64,000 nt of DNA from an uncultured bacterium (GTDB lineage: Bacteria; UBA8481), in contig CAZJQD010000013.1 of NCBI GenBank assembly GCA_964548165.1, positions 12,454-76,453 on the forward strand, given 5' to 3'. Positions 19,344-29,305 of the stretch are shown piece after piece. The translations under genes were made by a program, and so were the position numbers. A model generated the notes under the pieces. It did not search any database and was not told the DNA's origin. It saw only the letters and a list, made by a program, of their open reading frames with translations. Positions within the stretch are counted from its first letter, which is position 1. Each line of letters opens with the position of its first letter.

Positions 19344-20329
19344 TGGCTGCCGGCGACGCGAAGAACCCGGCGCCCTCCGAGGCGACCGTGGAGGATGTCG
19401 TGGTCCGGACCTCCGAGAGCACGCTGGTGAGGAACCGGACGGTCGAGGAGGTCATGCTCGCGCTGGGCGCGGTGCGAAGCGAGCCGATGAGCCGGCACAC
19501 GACGCTCCACGTGGGTGGCCCGGCGGAGTGGTACCTGGAGGCGGAGAACTTCGATGACATCGCGGTCGCCCGCATCGTGGCGCGCAGTCGTCGGCTCCCG
19601 GTCACCTTCATCGGCAATGGATCCAACCTGCTGGTTGCCGACGCCGGCATCCGGGGCCTCGTGATCAAGGCCACGTCCGCGCTCGCCACCATCACCGACC
19701 TCGGGATGGGCCTCCTCCGGGTCGGCGCCGGCGTGCGCCTGCCCGAGCTCGCGCGCTACTTCCGGGATTCCGGGGTGGGCGGCTTCGAGTGGGGGTTCGG
19801 CGTGCCGGGATCCGTGGGCGGCGCCATCTACATGAACGCGGGAACGCGGGACGGCGAGATGAAGGACGTGATCGAGCGGGTCATCATCGTCGGCAGGGGA
19901 GGCGGGCTCGAGGAGCTCCTGCCCGCGGACTGCCAGTTCGCGTACCGCTCGTCGCGGTTCCAGCGCACCAACGAGCTGATCGTCGCTGCCATCGTCCGGC
20001 TCCCGGAGAAGCCCTACAACACCGACGCCGCGCGGCGCGCGCTCGAGGATCGCAAGCGCACCCAGCCGTTGCAGCTCCCCAACTGCGGCTCGGTCTTCAC
20101 CAATCCCAAGGGCGACTACGCCGCCCGGCTCATCGAGGAGTGCGGGCTGAAGGGGCGCAAGGTCGGGGGCGCGGAGATATCCACGCTGCACGCCAACTTC
20201 ATCGTCAACCGCGGCGGCGCCACGGCTTCCGATGTCCTCGCGCTCATCCGTCTCGCTCAGCAGGAGGTGAAGGCCAAGTTCGGCGTGGACCTGCACACCG
20301 AGGTCAAGATGCTGGGAGAATGGCCGTGA
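19343..20329 (+). CDS. murB: UDP-N-acetylenolpyruvoylglucosamine reductase MurB
   Basis: FAD-binding type: HTTLHVGGPAEW...FIGNGSNLLVADAGIRG. Confidence 0.85.
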   Translation: MAAGDAKNPAPSEATVEDVVVRTSESTLVRNRTVEEVMLALGAVRSEPMSRHTTLHVGGPAEWYLEAENFDDIAVARIVARSRRLPVTFIGNGSNLLVADAGIRGLVIKATSALATITDLGMGLLRVGAGVRLPELARYFRDSGVGGFEWGFGVPGSVGGAIYMNAGTRDGEMKDVIERVIIVGRGGGLEELLPADCQFAYRSSRFQRTNELIVAAIVRLPEKPYNTDAARRALEDRKRTQPLQLPNCGSVFTNPKGDYAARLIEECGLKGRKVGGAEISTLHANFIVNRGGATASDVLALIRLAQQEVKAKFGVDLHTEVKMLGEWP

Positions 20330-21261
20330 AGGTCGCCGTTCTCATGGGCGGGCTCTCGCGCGAGCGCGATGTCTCGCTGAGGACCGGCGCGGCGGTGGTG
20401 GCCGCGGTCGAGAAGCTGGGGCACGAGGTCGTGCCCGTCGATGTCGGCCCCGATGTGGCCACGGTGCTTGCCCAGGCGCGCCCCGACGTCGCGTTCATCG
20501 CCCTGCACGGCCGTGGCGGCGAGGACGGGACCATGCAGGGGCTCCTCACGATCCTCGGCATTCCTTTCACGGGTTCCGGCGTTCTCGCCTCGGCGGCCGC
20601 CATGGACAAGGCTTTCTCCAAGAGGCTCTTTCGCGCCGCCGGGCTCCCGGTCGCCGATGGTCTCGTCGTCCAGGCTGGGGATCCGGTGCCCGAACCCTCG
20701 TTCCCTCTTCCCTGGATCGTGAAGCCCTCGAACGAGGGGTCGTCGGTGGGCCTCGTCATCGTGCGCCGCCGGGAGGATCTCGCCCCCGCCCTCGGGGAGG
20801 CCGCTCTTCACGATCGCGATATCCTCGTGGAGCGCTTCATCGAAGGCGTGGAGATCACGGTCGGGATCCTGGGGGGCGATGAGCCGTTTGCCCTGCCTGC
20901 CATCGAGATCGCGCCGAAATCGGGCGTCTACGACTACGCGTCCAAGTACACCAAGGGCGCCACCGAGTACATCATCCCGCCGCGCCTGCCGGCCGGCGAG
21001 ATCGCCCGCTGCCAGGCCCTCGCTCTCGCCGCGCACCAGGTGCTCGGCTGCCGCGGCGTGAGTCGCGTCGACCTGCTCGTCAATTCCGACGGCCCGGTCA
21101 TCCTGGAGGTCAACACGATCCCGGGCATGACCGAGACGTCGCTCCTGCCCAAGGCCGCGGCCGCGCATGGCCTTCCTTTCCACGAGATGATCGGGCGCAT
21201 CATCGGCTGGGCGTTGGAGGGGCGAGAGCGGTCCGCATCGGAACCGGGGCGAGAACGATGA
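20320..21261 (+). CDS. ddl: D-alanine--D-alanine ligase
   Basis: MAVKVAVLMGGLSRERDVSLRTG...ALHGRGGEDGTMQGLL... Confidence 0.9.
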   Translation: MAVKVAVLMGGLSRERDVSLRTGAAVVAAVEKLGHEVVPVDVGPDVATVLAQARPDVAFIALHGRGGEDGTMQGLLTILGIPFTGSGVLASAAAMDKAFSKRLFRAAGLPVADGLVVQAGDPVPEPSFPLPWIVKPSNEGSSVGLVIVRRREDLAPALGEAALHDRDILVERFIEGVEITVGILGGDEPFALPAIEIAPKSGVYDYASKYTKGATEYIIPPRLPAGEIARCQALALAAHQVLGCRGVSRVDLLVNSDGPVILEVNTIPGMTETSLLPKAAAAHGLPFHEMIGRIIGWALEGRERSASEPGRER

Positions 21262-22097
21262 GCGCTCGGGAGTCGGGCGGCGGGGCCGTCAGGGGGCAGA
21301 AGGTCGCCGGGCGGGGCCGCCGATCGTCGGCAGTGGCGTCGACCTCGGGCGGGGGAGGCGGGGTCTCGCGTGAGACCACCGAGAAGCTGGCCACCGTGAT
21401 CGCCGGCGCCATCCTCCTGGCCGTGATCGCGGGCGCCGGAATTCTCCTCGTGGCGATGGGCGGCAAGGCGTATCGCTACGTGGTCGCCACCGACCGGCTC
21501 CTCGTGGAGGAGCTCGAGGTCGAGGGCCTGGCCGCGTTGACGCCGGAGGAGATCATTCGCCTCGCCGGGATACAGAAGCGCGTCTCGATCCTCGACGTGG
21601 ATCTCGCCGCCGCCGCCGCGCGCGTGAGAACTCACCCCCGGGTGGCGACGGCCGTCGTGGAACGACACCTGCCGCGCCGGATCGTGATCCGGGTCTCCGA
21701 GCGCGTCCCGGTTGCTCTCATCCAGCAGGACGGCGTCATCAAGGGCATCGACGTCTCCGGGACGGTCGTCCCGCTGATCCCGACCCGGGAGAACGTCAAG
21801 GGCCCCATCCTCACCGGCAGCATCACCCAGGCCTCGCCCGAGCTCCTCCAGGACGCCCTGACCGTGCTGGACCTCCTGCGTCCCGACCTGGTGCCCCGCA
21901 TCTCCGAGCTCCGCATGGACAACACCGGCGGCGTCACGCTCCTGACGACCGGCACCCCCATCGTCATTCGGCTGGGCCGCGGTGAGATGCCCGGGAAGGT
22001 GGAGCGCCTGCGCGCCGCTCTCAAGCTCTTCGAGGAGCGCAACGAGCAGAAGGAATACATCGATCTCCGCTTCCAGGACATCGTCACTCGTCCCTAG
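21258..22097 (+). CDS. ftsQ: Cell division protein FtsQ/DivIB (POTRA domain)
   Basis: Transmembrane helix followed by a POTRA domain; last gene of the dcw run. The next gene is convergent. Confidence 0.75.
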   Translation: MSARESGGGAVRGQKVAGRGRRSSAVASTSGGGGGVSRETTEKLATVIAGAILLAVIAGAGILLVAMGGKAYRYVVATDRLLVEELEVEGLAALTPEEIIRLAGIQKRVSILDVDLAAAAARVRTHPRVATAVVERHLPRRIVIRVSERVPVALIQQDGVIKGIDVSGTVVPLIPTRENVKGPILTGSITQASPELLQDALTVLDLLRPDLVPRISELRMDNTGGVTLLTTGTPIVIRLGRGEMPGKVERLRAALKLFEERNEQKEYIDLRFQDIVTRP

Positions 22098-22295
22098 CAG
22101 TCTTCTCAGAATTGAACCACGGAAACACGGCGAGCGTCACGGTTCGGCATCGAAACCCTTGAGGAGAGAGCGTGCCACCTGGGTTCCACGAGGCGTGCAA
22201 TCTCGCCGAAGGGCCAGCGCACAGCACCTGCCTCCAGGCCGGCCTCGTCCGTGTCGCTGTGACTCTCTACCAGGAATTTCCCTGGAGGGTCCGGG

Positions 22296-23393
22296 CTATT
22301 GGGCGGCCTTCGAGACGACGCGCGCGACCTCGGCAATCTGATCCGGCGTCAGCTCCGGGAATATCGGGATCGAGAGCACCTCGGCGGCCGCGGACTCGGC
22401 GACCGGGAAGTCACCGGCCTTGTAACCGAGATCGCTGTGGGCCTTCTGGAGGTGAACGGGGATGGGGTAGTGAATGCCGTGCTGGATCTCGGCGGCCGTC
22501 AGCGCTGCCGAGACCTGTTCGCGGTTCTTCACGCGGATGGCATAGACGTGGAAGACGTGGCGCGCCCAGCTCTGTACCGTCGGCACCCGTACCTTGGAAT
22601 TCTTGAAGGCCTCCGCGTAGAGCCCCGCATTCCTGATCCGCGACTCCGTCCAGGCTTCGATGTATTTCATCTTCACGCCGAGGACAGCTCCCTGGAGACC
22701 TTCCAGCCTGTAATTGAAGCCCTTGAGATCGTGGTAGTATTTCTTCTCCTGGCCCCAGTCGCGGAGCATGCGCATGATCTTGACGTAGTCAGGATTGGAC
22801 GTCGTGACGGCGCCGCCCTCGCCGTAGGCGCCGAGGTTCTTGCCGGGGTAGAAGCTGAAGCATCCCATGTTGCCGATGGAGCCGACGGGGCGGCCCTTGT
22901 ACCGTGCTCCGTGCGCCTGCGCCGCATCCTCGATGACGACGAGGTTGTGCTTCTTCGCGATCGCGAGAATGGGATCCATGTCTGCGGGGTGACCGTAGAG
23001 ATGGATGGGCATGATGGCCTTGGTGCGAGGCGTGATCGCGGCCTCGACCTTGGCGGGATCCATGCAGAACGAGGCATCATCGATATCAACGAAGACGGGC
23101 CTGGCGCCCGTGTAGCAGATGGCGGAGACCGTCGCGACGAACGTGAACGGGGCCGTGATGACCTCGTCGCCGGCCCCGACGCCGGCCGCGAGGAGGGCCA
23201 GGTGGAGGGCGCTGGTGCCCGAGTTGGAACCGACGGCCTCCGTGGTGCCCGCGTACTGGGCGAACTGCTTCTCGAAAGCGGCGACCTTGGGACCGAGGAT
23301 GTAGGCGGTCATGCCGAGCGTCTCGAGGACGGCGGCGTCGATCTCGGGCTTGATCGAGAGGTACTGGGCCTTGAGGTCAACGAACGGGATCAT
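22296..23393 (-). CDS. DegT/DnrJ/EryC1/StrS-family PLP-dependent sugar aminotransferase
   Basis: Full-length match: N-terminus MIPFVDLKAQY..., motifs DEVITAPFTFVAT and FSFYPGKNLGAYGEGGAV. Confidence 0.9.
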   Translation of the reverse strand: MIPFVDLKAQYLSIKPEIDAAVLETLGMTAYILGPKVAAFEKQFAQYAGTTEAVGSNSGTSALHLALLAAGVGAGDEVITAPFTFVATVSAICYTGARPVFVDIDDASFCMDPAKVEAAITPRTKAIMPIHLYGHPADMDPILAIAKKHNLVVIEDAAQAHGARYKGRPVGSIGNMGCFSFYPGKNLGAYGEGGAVTTSNPDYVKIMRMLRDWGQEKKYYHDLKGFNYRLEGLQGAVLGVKMKYIEAWTESRIRNAGLYAEAFKNSKVRVPTVQSWARHVFHVYAIRVKNREQVSAALTAAEIQHGIHYPIPVHLQKAHSDLGYKAGDFPVAESAAAEVLSIPIFPELTPDQIAEVARVVSKAAQ

Positions 23394-23648
23394 GAGGGTC
23401 TCCTTGGCGAGCTACGACGGTCGGATCGGACGTAGCCGATGGGGCAACGGGACGGGTTTTCGAGATCCTCCCGGGGGATGACGACGTCCTGGCCGAGCCG
23501 GACGGATGGGGCGATGGGCATTGCGACCTCGATGCGATCTCTGACAGCGGCTATCGTAGTGCCCACCGCCTTGCAGTCAAGTTTCTCCGCCCCCCGCGAT
23601 CGCGCGGAGGATGGACTCGCGCGTCCTCGACCGGGATAATGCGAGACC

Positions 23649-25586
23649 ATGAAGACCAAGACTCCTGTCCTTGATTCGCTTCACCTCCCCCCCGATGCCC
23701 GCGCCGTCCTCGACGCTGCTCCCTACGTCGTCATGCCGGCGACTCTTGCCGAGATGGTCGACATCGCCTGCGGTGGGCCCGGGAGCAACACGTTCGAGGT
23801 GGCCTACGAGGTTCCGGGACGGGGCAAGGTTGTCGAGGCCGTCGTGGCGCGGGTCCGCAACGGCGTCGCCGCCAACTATCCCGAGCCCTACATGCGGCGG
23901 CGCGACGCGGACTGCATGGTCATCGCCGACGTCCTGCCGACCAACAAGAAGCTCTACAAGGATCGCTACGGGTCTGATTTCGCCTCGACCAGGACGGAGA
24001 CCCTGGAGTGGCTCAAGACCCAGCCCCTGGCCGTCGTTCCCTACACCGCAGGGCGCAAGAAGATGGGCGTGGACTCCGTCGTCATCGCGCCCGCCAATGC
24101 CGGCTTCTTCCTCTTCGGCCTCGCGCTCCTGCAGGGCTACCTGACCTCGGAAGAGCTCGGGCCGGACTTCGATCCGCGCGCCGTCATCTACATTGCCCCG
24201 CCGTTCCGCCACACGCACTTCGGCGGGAAGCAGGTGGTCGTGCACAACCGCGGCGACCGCGTGCACGAGATGTTCGCCTACAACCTCTACCCGGGCCCCA
24301 GCGCGAAGAAGGGCGTCTACGGGATGCTCCTGTCCCTGGGCGAGCTGGAGGGATGGGTGACCACGCACTGCTCGACCGTCCAGGTCGTCACGCCGTATGA
24401 CAACGCCGTGACGCTCATGCACGAGGGCGCCTCGGGTGGCGGCAAGAGCGAGATGCTGCAGCAGGCTCACCGGCAGGCCGACGGCCGACTGCTCCTGGGG
24501 GAGAACCTCAAGACGGGCGAGCGCCGCTACCTCCAGATCCCGCGCACCTGCGAACTGCGCCCCGTGACCGACGACATGGCGCTCTGCCATCCCTCGCTCC
24601 AGACCGGCGACGGCAAGCTGACCGTCGTGGACGCCGAGGACGCGTGGTTCGTCCGGGTCGATCACATCGACGATTACGGGATCGATCCCCAGCTGGAGAA
24701 GCTCTGCGCGAAGCCGCCCGAGCCCCTGCTCTTCCTCAATATCGACGCGGTCCCGGATGGCCGCGCGATGATCTGGGAGCACATTCTCGACTCGCCCGGC
24801 AAGCCCTGCCCGAATCCGCGCGTCGTCCTGCCGCGCCGCATCGTGCCGCAGATCGTCAGCGATCCGGTCGCCGTCGACATCCGGTCGATGGGCGTGCGCG
24901 TTCCCCCGTGCACGCGCGAGAATCCCAGCTACGGCATTCTCGGGCTCTTCCACGTCCTGCCGCCCGCGCTCGCCTGGCTCTGGCGGCTCGTGGCGCCCCG
25001 CGGCCACGCCAACCCGTCGATCGTCGGCAGTGACGCGATGGGGAGCGAGGGCGTGGGATCGTACTGGCCGTTCGCGACGGGACGGCGCGTGGACCAGGCG
25101 AACCTCCTCTTGAAGCAGATCCTCGAGACGCCACGTGTCCGCTACATCCTGGCGCCCAACCAGCACATCGGCGCCTGGAAGACGGGGTTCATGCCCCAGT
25201 GGGTGGCCCGCGAGTACCTGGCGCGGCGCGGCAGCGCGCGCTTCAAGCCTCACCAGCTTCGCGCCGCGCGTTGCCCCCTGCTCGGGTATGCCATCTACCA
25301 CATGCAGGTGGAAGGAGCGACGATCCCGCACTGGTTCCTGCAGGTCGAGACCCAGCCGGAGGTCGGCAAGACCGGCTACGACGCCGGCGCCGTGATCCTC
25401 ACGGAGTTCTTCCGGAAGCAATTGGCGAAGTTCCAGGAGCCCGATCTCCTGCCCGAGGGCCGGCGCATCATCGATTGCATGATCGACGGCGGCACGCTGG
25501 GAGATTTCATCCGGCTCGCGCCCCAGGACGACCTGCCGATGCCGGAGGACCTCCCGGCGGACACGCCGCCCACCATGGAGTTCTGA
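23649..25586 (+). CDS. Hypothetical 645-aa protein with an HprK/PEPCK-like Walker A motif (GASGGGKSE); possibly DUF4914-like
   Basis: Long ORF with coherent coding composition and a HEGASGGGKSEMLQQ P-loop; I recognise no family with certainty. Confidence 0.6.
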   Translation: MKTKTPVLDSLHLPPDARAVLDAAPYVVMPATLAEMVDIACGGPGSNTFEVAYEVPGRGKVVEAVVARVRNGVAANYPEPYMRRRDADCMVIADVLPTNKKLYKDRYGSDFASTRTETLEWLKTQPLAVVPYTAGRKKMGVDSVVIAPANAGFFLFGLALLQGYLTSEELGPDFDPRAVIYIAPPFRHTHFGGKQVVVHNRGDRVHEMFAYNLYPGPSAKKGVYGMLLSLGELEGWVTTHCSTVQVVTPYDNAVTLMHEGASGGGKSEMLQQAHRQADGRLLLGENLKTGERRYLQIPRTCELRPVTDDMALCHPSLQTGDGKLTVVDAEDAWFVRVDHIDDYGIDPQLEKLCAKPPEPLLFLNIDAVPDGRAMIWEHILDSPGKPCPNPRVVLPRRIVPQIVSDPVAVDIRSMGVRVPPCTRENPSYGILGLFHVLPPALAWLWRLVAPRGHANPSIVGSDAMGSEGVGSYWPFATGRRVDQANLLLKQILETPRVRYILAPNQHIGAWKTGFMPQWVAREYLARRGSARFKPHQLRAARCPLLGYAIYHMQVEGATIPHWFLQVETQPEVGKTGYDAGAVILTEFFRKQLAKFQEPDLLPEGRRIIDCMIDGGTLGDFIRLAPQDDLPMPEDLPADTPPTMEF

Positions 25587-25644
25587 TCGTCCAGGGGCCC
25601 TGGCGATGCTGGCGGGAAACGGCGCGTTCTGCTAAGTTCGCGCC

Positions 25645-26820
25645 ATGACTGACAACCGCACCGGAGTGACGTTTCCCGAGGGATTTCGAGCCGTGGCCGT
25701 GGAGGCCGCCATCAAGAAGCCTGGTCGCGATGACCTCATGCTGCTCGTTTCCGAGCGTGCCTCGACCGCGGCGGCGGTCTTCACGACCAACCAGTTCGCG
25801 GCGGCGCCCGTAGTCCTGGATCGCGAGATCATGACGCATGGAACCTCCATCCGCGCCGTCGTCTGCAACGCGGGCAACGCCAACGCCGGGACCGGAGCGA
25901 CCGGGCTCGCCGACGCGCGCCGCATGAGCGCGCTCGTGGCGGAGGCCCTGGGAGTACCGATGGGCGCCGTCCTGGTGTCTTCCACGGGCGTCATTGGTCG
26001 GCCGCTCCCGATGGATCGCATGGAGAAGGGGATCCGGGCGGCGGCGGCGAAGGTGAGGATGGAGTCCGACGGGGCCGCGGCCGCGCGCGCGATCATGACG
26101 ACGGACACGGTGCCGAAGACGGCCGAGCGGACGGTCGGGGACGCGAAGATCGGCGGGATGTGCAAGGGCGCCGGCATGATCCATCCCGGCATGGCCACGA
26201 TGCTCGGGTTCATCACCACCGACGCGCAGGTGCCTCGCAAGGAATTGCAGGCCATGCTGGCTCATGCCGTCGAGCGCACGTTCAACTGCATCAGTATCGA
26301 CAACGACATGTCGACGAACGACTCGGTCTTTCTCCTCGCCAACGGCGCCGCAGGCCCCGTCGATCACGGCGCGTTTCAAACCGCGCTCGAGGACCTCTGC
26401 CGCGAGCTCGCGCTCAAGATCGTCGCCGACGGCGAGGGCGCCACGAAGATCGTCACCATCGCGGTCACGGGCGCGCGCAGTGACGCCGACGCGATCATGG
26501 CCGCCGACGCCGTGGCGACCTCGATGCTGGTGAAGACCGCGCTCCACGGCAACGATCCCAACTGGGGGCGGATCCTTGCGGCGGTGGGACGCAGCGGGGC
26601 CGCGATTGACACGGAACGTATCCGCATCATCCAGCAGGGGGTCGTCCTTTTCGAATCGGGTCTCCCGACGGTCGTGGACATGCCGGCCCTGGAGGCGAAG
26701 GTTCGCGAGCGCGAGATCGAGATCCGCGTCGAGATCGGGCTGGGTTCTCATGACCGCACCGTCTGGACCAGCGATCTCTCCAAGGAATACGTCGCCATCA
26801 ACGCCGAATACACGACCTGA
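25645..26820 (+). CDS. argJ: Bifunctional ornithine acetyltransferase / N-acetylglutamate synthase ArgJ
   Basis: ATML|GFITTDA autoproteolytic site and ArgJ-wide similarity. Confidence 0.9.
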   Translation: MTDNRTGVTFPEGFRAVAVEAAIKKPGRDDLMLLVSERASTAAAVFTTNQFAAAPVVLDREIMTHGTSIRAVVCNAGNANAGTGATGLADARRMSALVAEALGVPMGAVLVSSTGVIGRPLPMDRMEKGIRAAAAKVRMESDGAAAARAIMTTDTVPKTAERTVGDAKIGGMCKGAGMIHPGMATMLGFITTDAQVPRKELQAMLAHAVERTFNCISIDNDMSTNDSVFLLANGAAGPVDHGAFQTALEDLCRELALKIVADGEGATKIVTIAVTGARSDADAIMAADAVATSMLVKTALHGNDPNWGRILAAVGRSGAAIDTERIRIIQQGVVLFESGLPTVVDMPALEAKVREREIEIRVEIGLGSHDRTVWTSDLSKEYVAINAEYTT

Positions 26821-26950
26821 CCGCTTCCGGGGTCGGGTTGCCACATGGTCCCATCCGACGATCCTGTTGCGACCGCTCGAAAATAATTACGCTACCAGGA
26901 TTGGACTCCCGGAGTGGGAATCGAGGCCATGTGGCAGCCTGACACCATGA

Positions 26951-28162
26951 CTACTGCAAGGAGTCGTGGATCTGCCGGATATCGGTGGGCGAAAACTGGA
27001 TCCAGCTGATCGTTCCACCATTGATGGGATGGGCGCTGTCCAGGTTTGAATACGTGACGAATCCCGACAGGAAGCTGGAGAGCGATGAGGAGAGCGTGTT
27101 GAAATTTCCAATAGAGAAATTCGAAAGGCTGAAGAGGGAGGCGCGTGTGCCTTCGCTGACCCGGTCGATGGCGCTCCCGAAGATGCCGCCCTGCAGGTTA
27201 TGAACCTGGTGAGTGACGGTCCGGTTCTGGTCGTGGAGGGCACCCGCCAGGCCGCCAGGCCCACCCGGTAACCCGCCCGGACCTCCCAGGAACTGTCCGC
27301 CGCCCAGGGGGCCAAAGCCCCCGCCCGCGGGATTGATCAGCGCGGATGTCGGCACCTGGAAGCTCCAGGTCTGGCCACCGGTGATGAGGGCGGCCGGAGA
27401 GTTAAGGTTATCCAGAGTCACGGCCTCGACGTCGCCCTGCGAGACGCCGATGACGCCGTCCACGTTCGTTACCCCGGAGTTCACCGTGAAGATCTGGCCC
27501 GTCGATCGCAACTGGAAGCCGGTCGCTCCCGTCCGGTCGGCGGGAGGAATTCCCACCTGGAACGTTCCGACCGGTTGGTCGTTGGGGCCCAGGAACTGGA
27601 GATTCACGAGGGGCCCTCCATTCGGTGAGGGCAGGACTTCCACGGCGAAGCGATCGACCGGCTGGACCTGCCCCGCGCCGAACGCGGAGAACCACTCGGT
27701 GCCGCGGACCGCGGTGACGGCGACCGGGGTGACGAGGCGATACGAGGAGGTCGCGCGCACGCGGTGGTTGATGCTATGCACGACCCCGGCCAACTGGATG
27801 ATCGTGATGTTCTCGGCCTGCCCGCGCGAAGGAATGACGCCCGCGAATCGACCCGTCGTGCTTCGGCGCTCGGCGTGGGCCACGACGATGGTCGTGTTGC
27901 TGCCCAGGAGCGCATGATTGTCGCGCGAGACGCGGATGATGCAGGAGGAGTTCGCCGCGGTACGGACGGAGTCGCCCACGCGTAACGGCATGCGCTCATG
28001 GGCGATCGTCCATTCCCGCGCACCCGCCGCCTTGTACTGGACCGTGCCCCGCGCGTTCAGGATGCTGAAGGTCATCGGCGTCTCTGCGCCGACGTACTGG
28101 CCCAGGCTGCAGGCGACCAGGACGACCGCGAGGATGCGCAGGATTGCCAGCGAGCGATTCAT
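26951..28162 (-). CDS. Secreted FecR-domain-like protein with Gly-rich segments
   Basis: Signal peptide MNRSLAILRILAVVLVACSLG, FecR-like LRVGDSVRTAANSSCIIRV, and a GGxGGxPGG tract. Confidence 0.6.
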   Translation of the reverse strand: MNRSLAILRILAVVLVACSLGQYVGAETPMTFSILNARGTVQYKAAGAREWTIAHERMPLRVGDSVRTAANSSCIIRVSRDNHALLGSNTTIVVAHAERRSTTGRFAGVIPSRGQAENITIIQLAGVVHSINHRVRATSSYRLVTPVAVTAVRGTEWFSAFGAGQVQPVDRFAVEVLPSPNGGPLVNLQFLGPNDQPVGTFQVGIPPADRTGATGFQLRSTGQIFTVNSGVTNVDGVIGVSQGDVEAVTLDNLNSPAALITGGQTWSFQVPTSALINPAGGGFGPLGGGQFLGGPGGLPGGPGGLAGALHDQNRTVTHQVHNLQGGIFGSAIDRVSEGTRASLFSLSNFSIGNFNTLSSSLSSFLSGFVTYSNLDSAHPINGGTISWIQFSPTDIRQIHDSLQ

Positions 28163-29238
28163 CAGAAGTAGGCCACCGTTTGGAAGACGACCCCGTCATT
28201 GGGGATGCCGCGCTTGGATGGAGCACCGTTGAAGGTTTCCTGGTTGAACTCGTACAACAATCGAAACTCGAGGGACGAGGCCGGGGTGTAGGTTCCGCCC
28301 AGGGCGATCCGATTCCTCTGCCATGACATCGGCACGTAGAGCGTGCGATTCAGGGGCGGAATGTTGTTGTTGAGCTGATCGTAGGTCGCCTGGACTTCGA
28401 GCTTGTCGCTGAGCCGGTAGGCGCCACCCGCGTTCCAGGCGACGAGGTGAAGCTCTCCCTCGAAACTGCTCCCGTACTCCCCGAAGGCTCGCCACGGTCC
28501 GTAGGTGTAGTCGGCCGCGATCGTGCCGACGCGGCGGTTCTTGTCCTGGAACGTCGGCATGATGGCCAGCGAGTTGAGGTATCGACGGTCCAGGGCGGTG
28601 AGCTGGCCGAACGAGAGCATGCCGTCCAGTACCAGGCTTCCCCAATCGCCGCCCGTTGACCACCCCAGGTTCACGTAGACCTCCCGCAGGTGCGAGGAGA
28701 GGAGACCGGGTGGATTCATCGGCCGCGTGAAGACCGCGGAGTTGGAGAGCGTGGATCCGGTTCCGGACAGGTCGTTCTGGTTGACGATGCCGACCTCCCC
28801 GTTCCAGGTGTTCTGCTCCATGTTGATCTTGAGCCCGTTGTGTACGGCGGAATGAAAAAGAACCTGCGGATAGGAAGAACCCGCGGTCAGGATGGGAGCG
28901 CCGCCCGGCTTCTGAAAGCGTCCCAGGGTGACCGTTCCGTCCCAGGGCAGGCCTTCCGCCCGGATCCAGGCCTCGTTGATGTCGATACGTCCCGGGTTCA
29001 GGGTCAGCACCGATCGCGTGTGCAAGTCGTCGCTCAGCCGCTGGCTCAACGCCAGCACGCCCGTCACCACGCGGAATTGCCCGTGCTGGGTTCCCGGAGT
29101 CAATTGCGTGCCGCCTTCGTAGTCGGTGTAATCCCAGACGAAGGCCCCGCCGATGTCGAGCGCGAGCGCGGGCGGCGTGGACAGGCAGGCCAGGACGGCG
29201 ACGAAAAGCGCGATGCGCGAGCGCAGTGAATCCCCCAT
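28162..29238 (-). CDS. Outer-membrane beta-barrel (porin-like) protein
   Basis: Signal peptide MGDSLRSRIALFVAVLACLSTPPALA, alternating amphipathic strands, C-terminal ...FQTVAYF. Confidence 0.6.
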   Translation of the reverse strand: MGDSLRSRIALFVAVLACLSTPPALALDIGGAFVWDYTDYEGGTQLTPGTQHGQFRVVTGVLALSQRLSDDLHTRSVLTLNPGRIDINEAWIRAEGLPWDGTVTLGRFQKPGGAPILTAGSSYPQVLFHSAVHNGLKINMEQNTWNGEVGIVNQNDLSGTGSTLSNSAVFTRPMNPPGLLSSHLREVYVNLGWSTGGDWGSLVLDGMLSFGQLTALDRRYLNSLAIMPTFQDKNRRVGTIAADYTYGPWRAFGEYGSSFEGELHLVAWNAGGAYRLSDKLEVQATYDQLNNNIPPLNRTLYVPMSWQRNRIALGGTYTPASSLEFRLLYEFNQETFNGAPSKRGIPNDGVVFQTVAYF

Positions 29239-29305
29239 GACGCGGCGATTTTCCCCGTCCAGGCCTGGCCGGGCAAGATCAATTTGCCGGGGGAATACGT
29301 GGGGC

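Noticed and set aside
23390-23659. 89-aa minus-strand ORF between degT and the P-loop protein
   Set aside because: It is short, overlaps the start of the 645-aa plus-strand gene, and is Arg/Ser-rich. It is more likely divergent promoter DNA.
23577-25421. 614-aa minus-strand ORF, and others at 25507-26844, 29826-30965, 31706-32785, 34487-35749, 36882-38300, 38757-40202, 41201-42571, 52334-54202, 56605-58536, 58172-59647, 59863-61326 and 61133-62155
   Set aside because: All are antisense to plus-strand genes with recognisable family motifs. Their compositions (Arg/Gly/Asp/Glu/His runs) are typical of non-coding frames in about 70% GC DNA.
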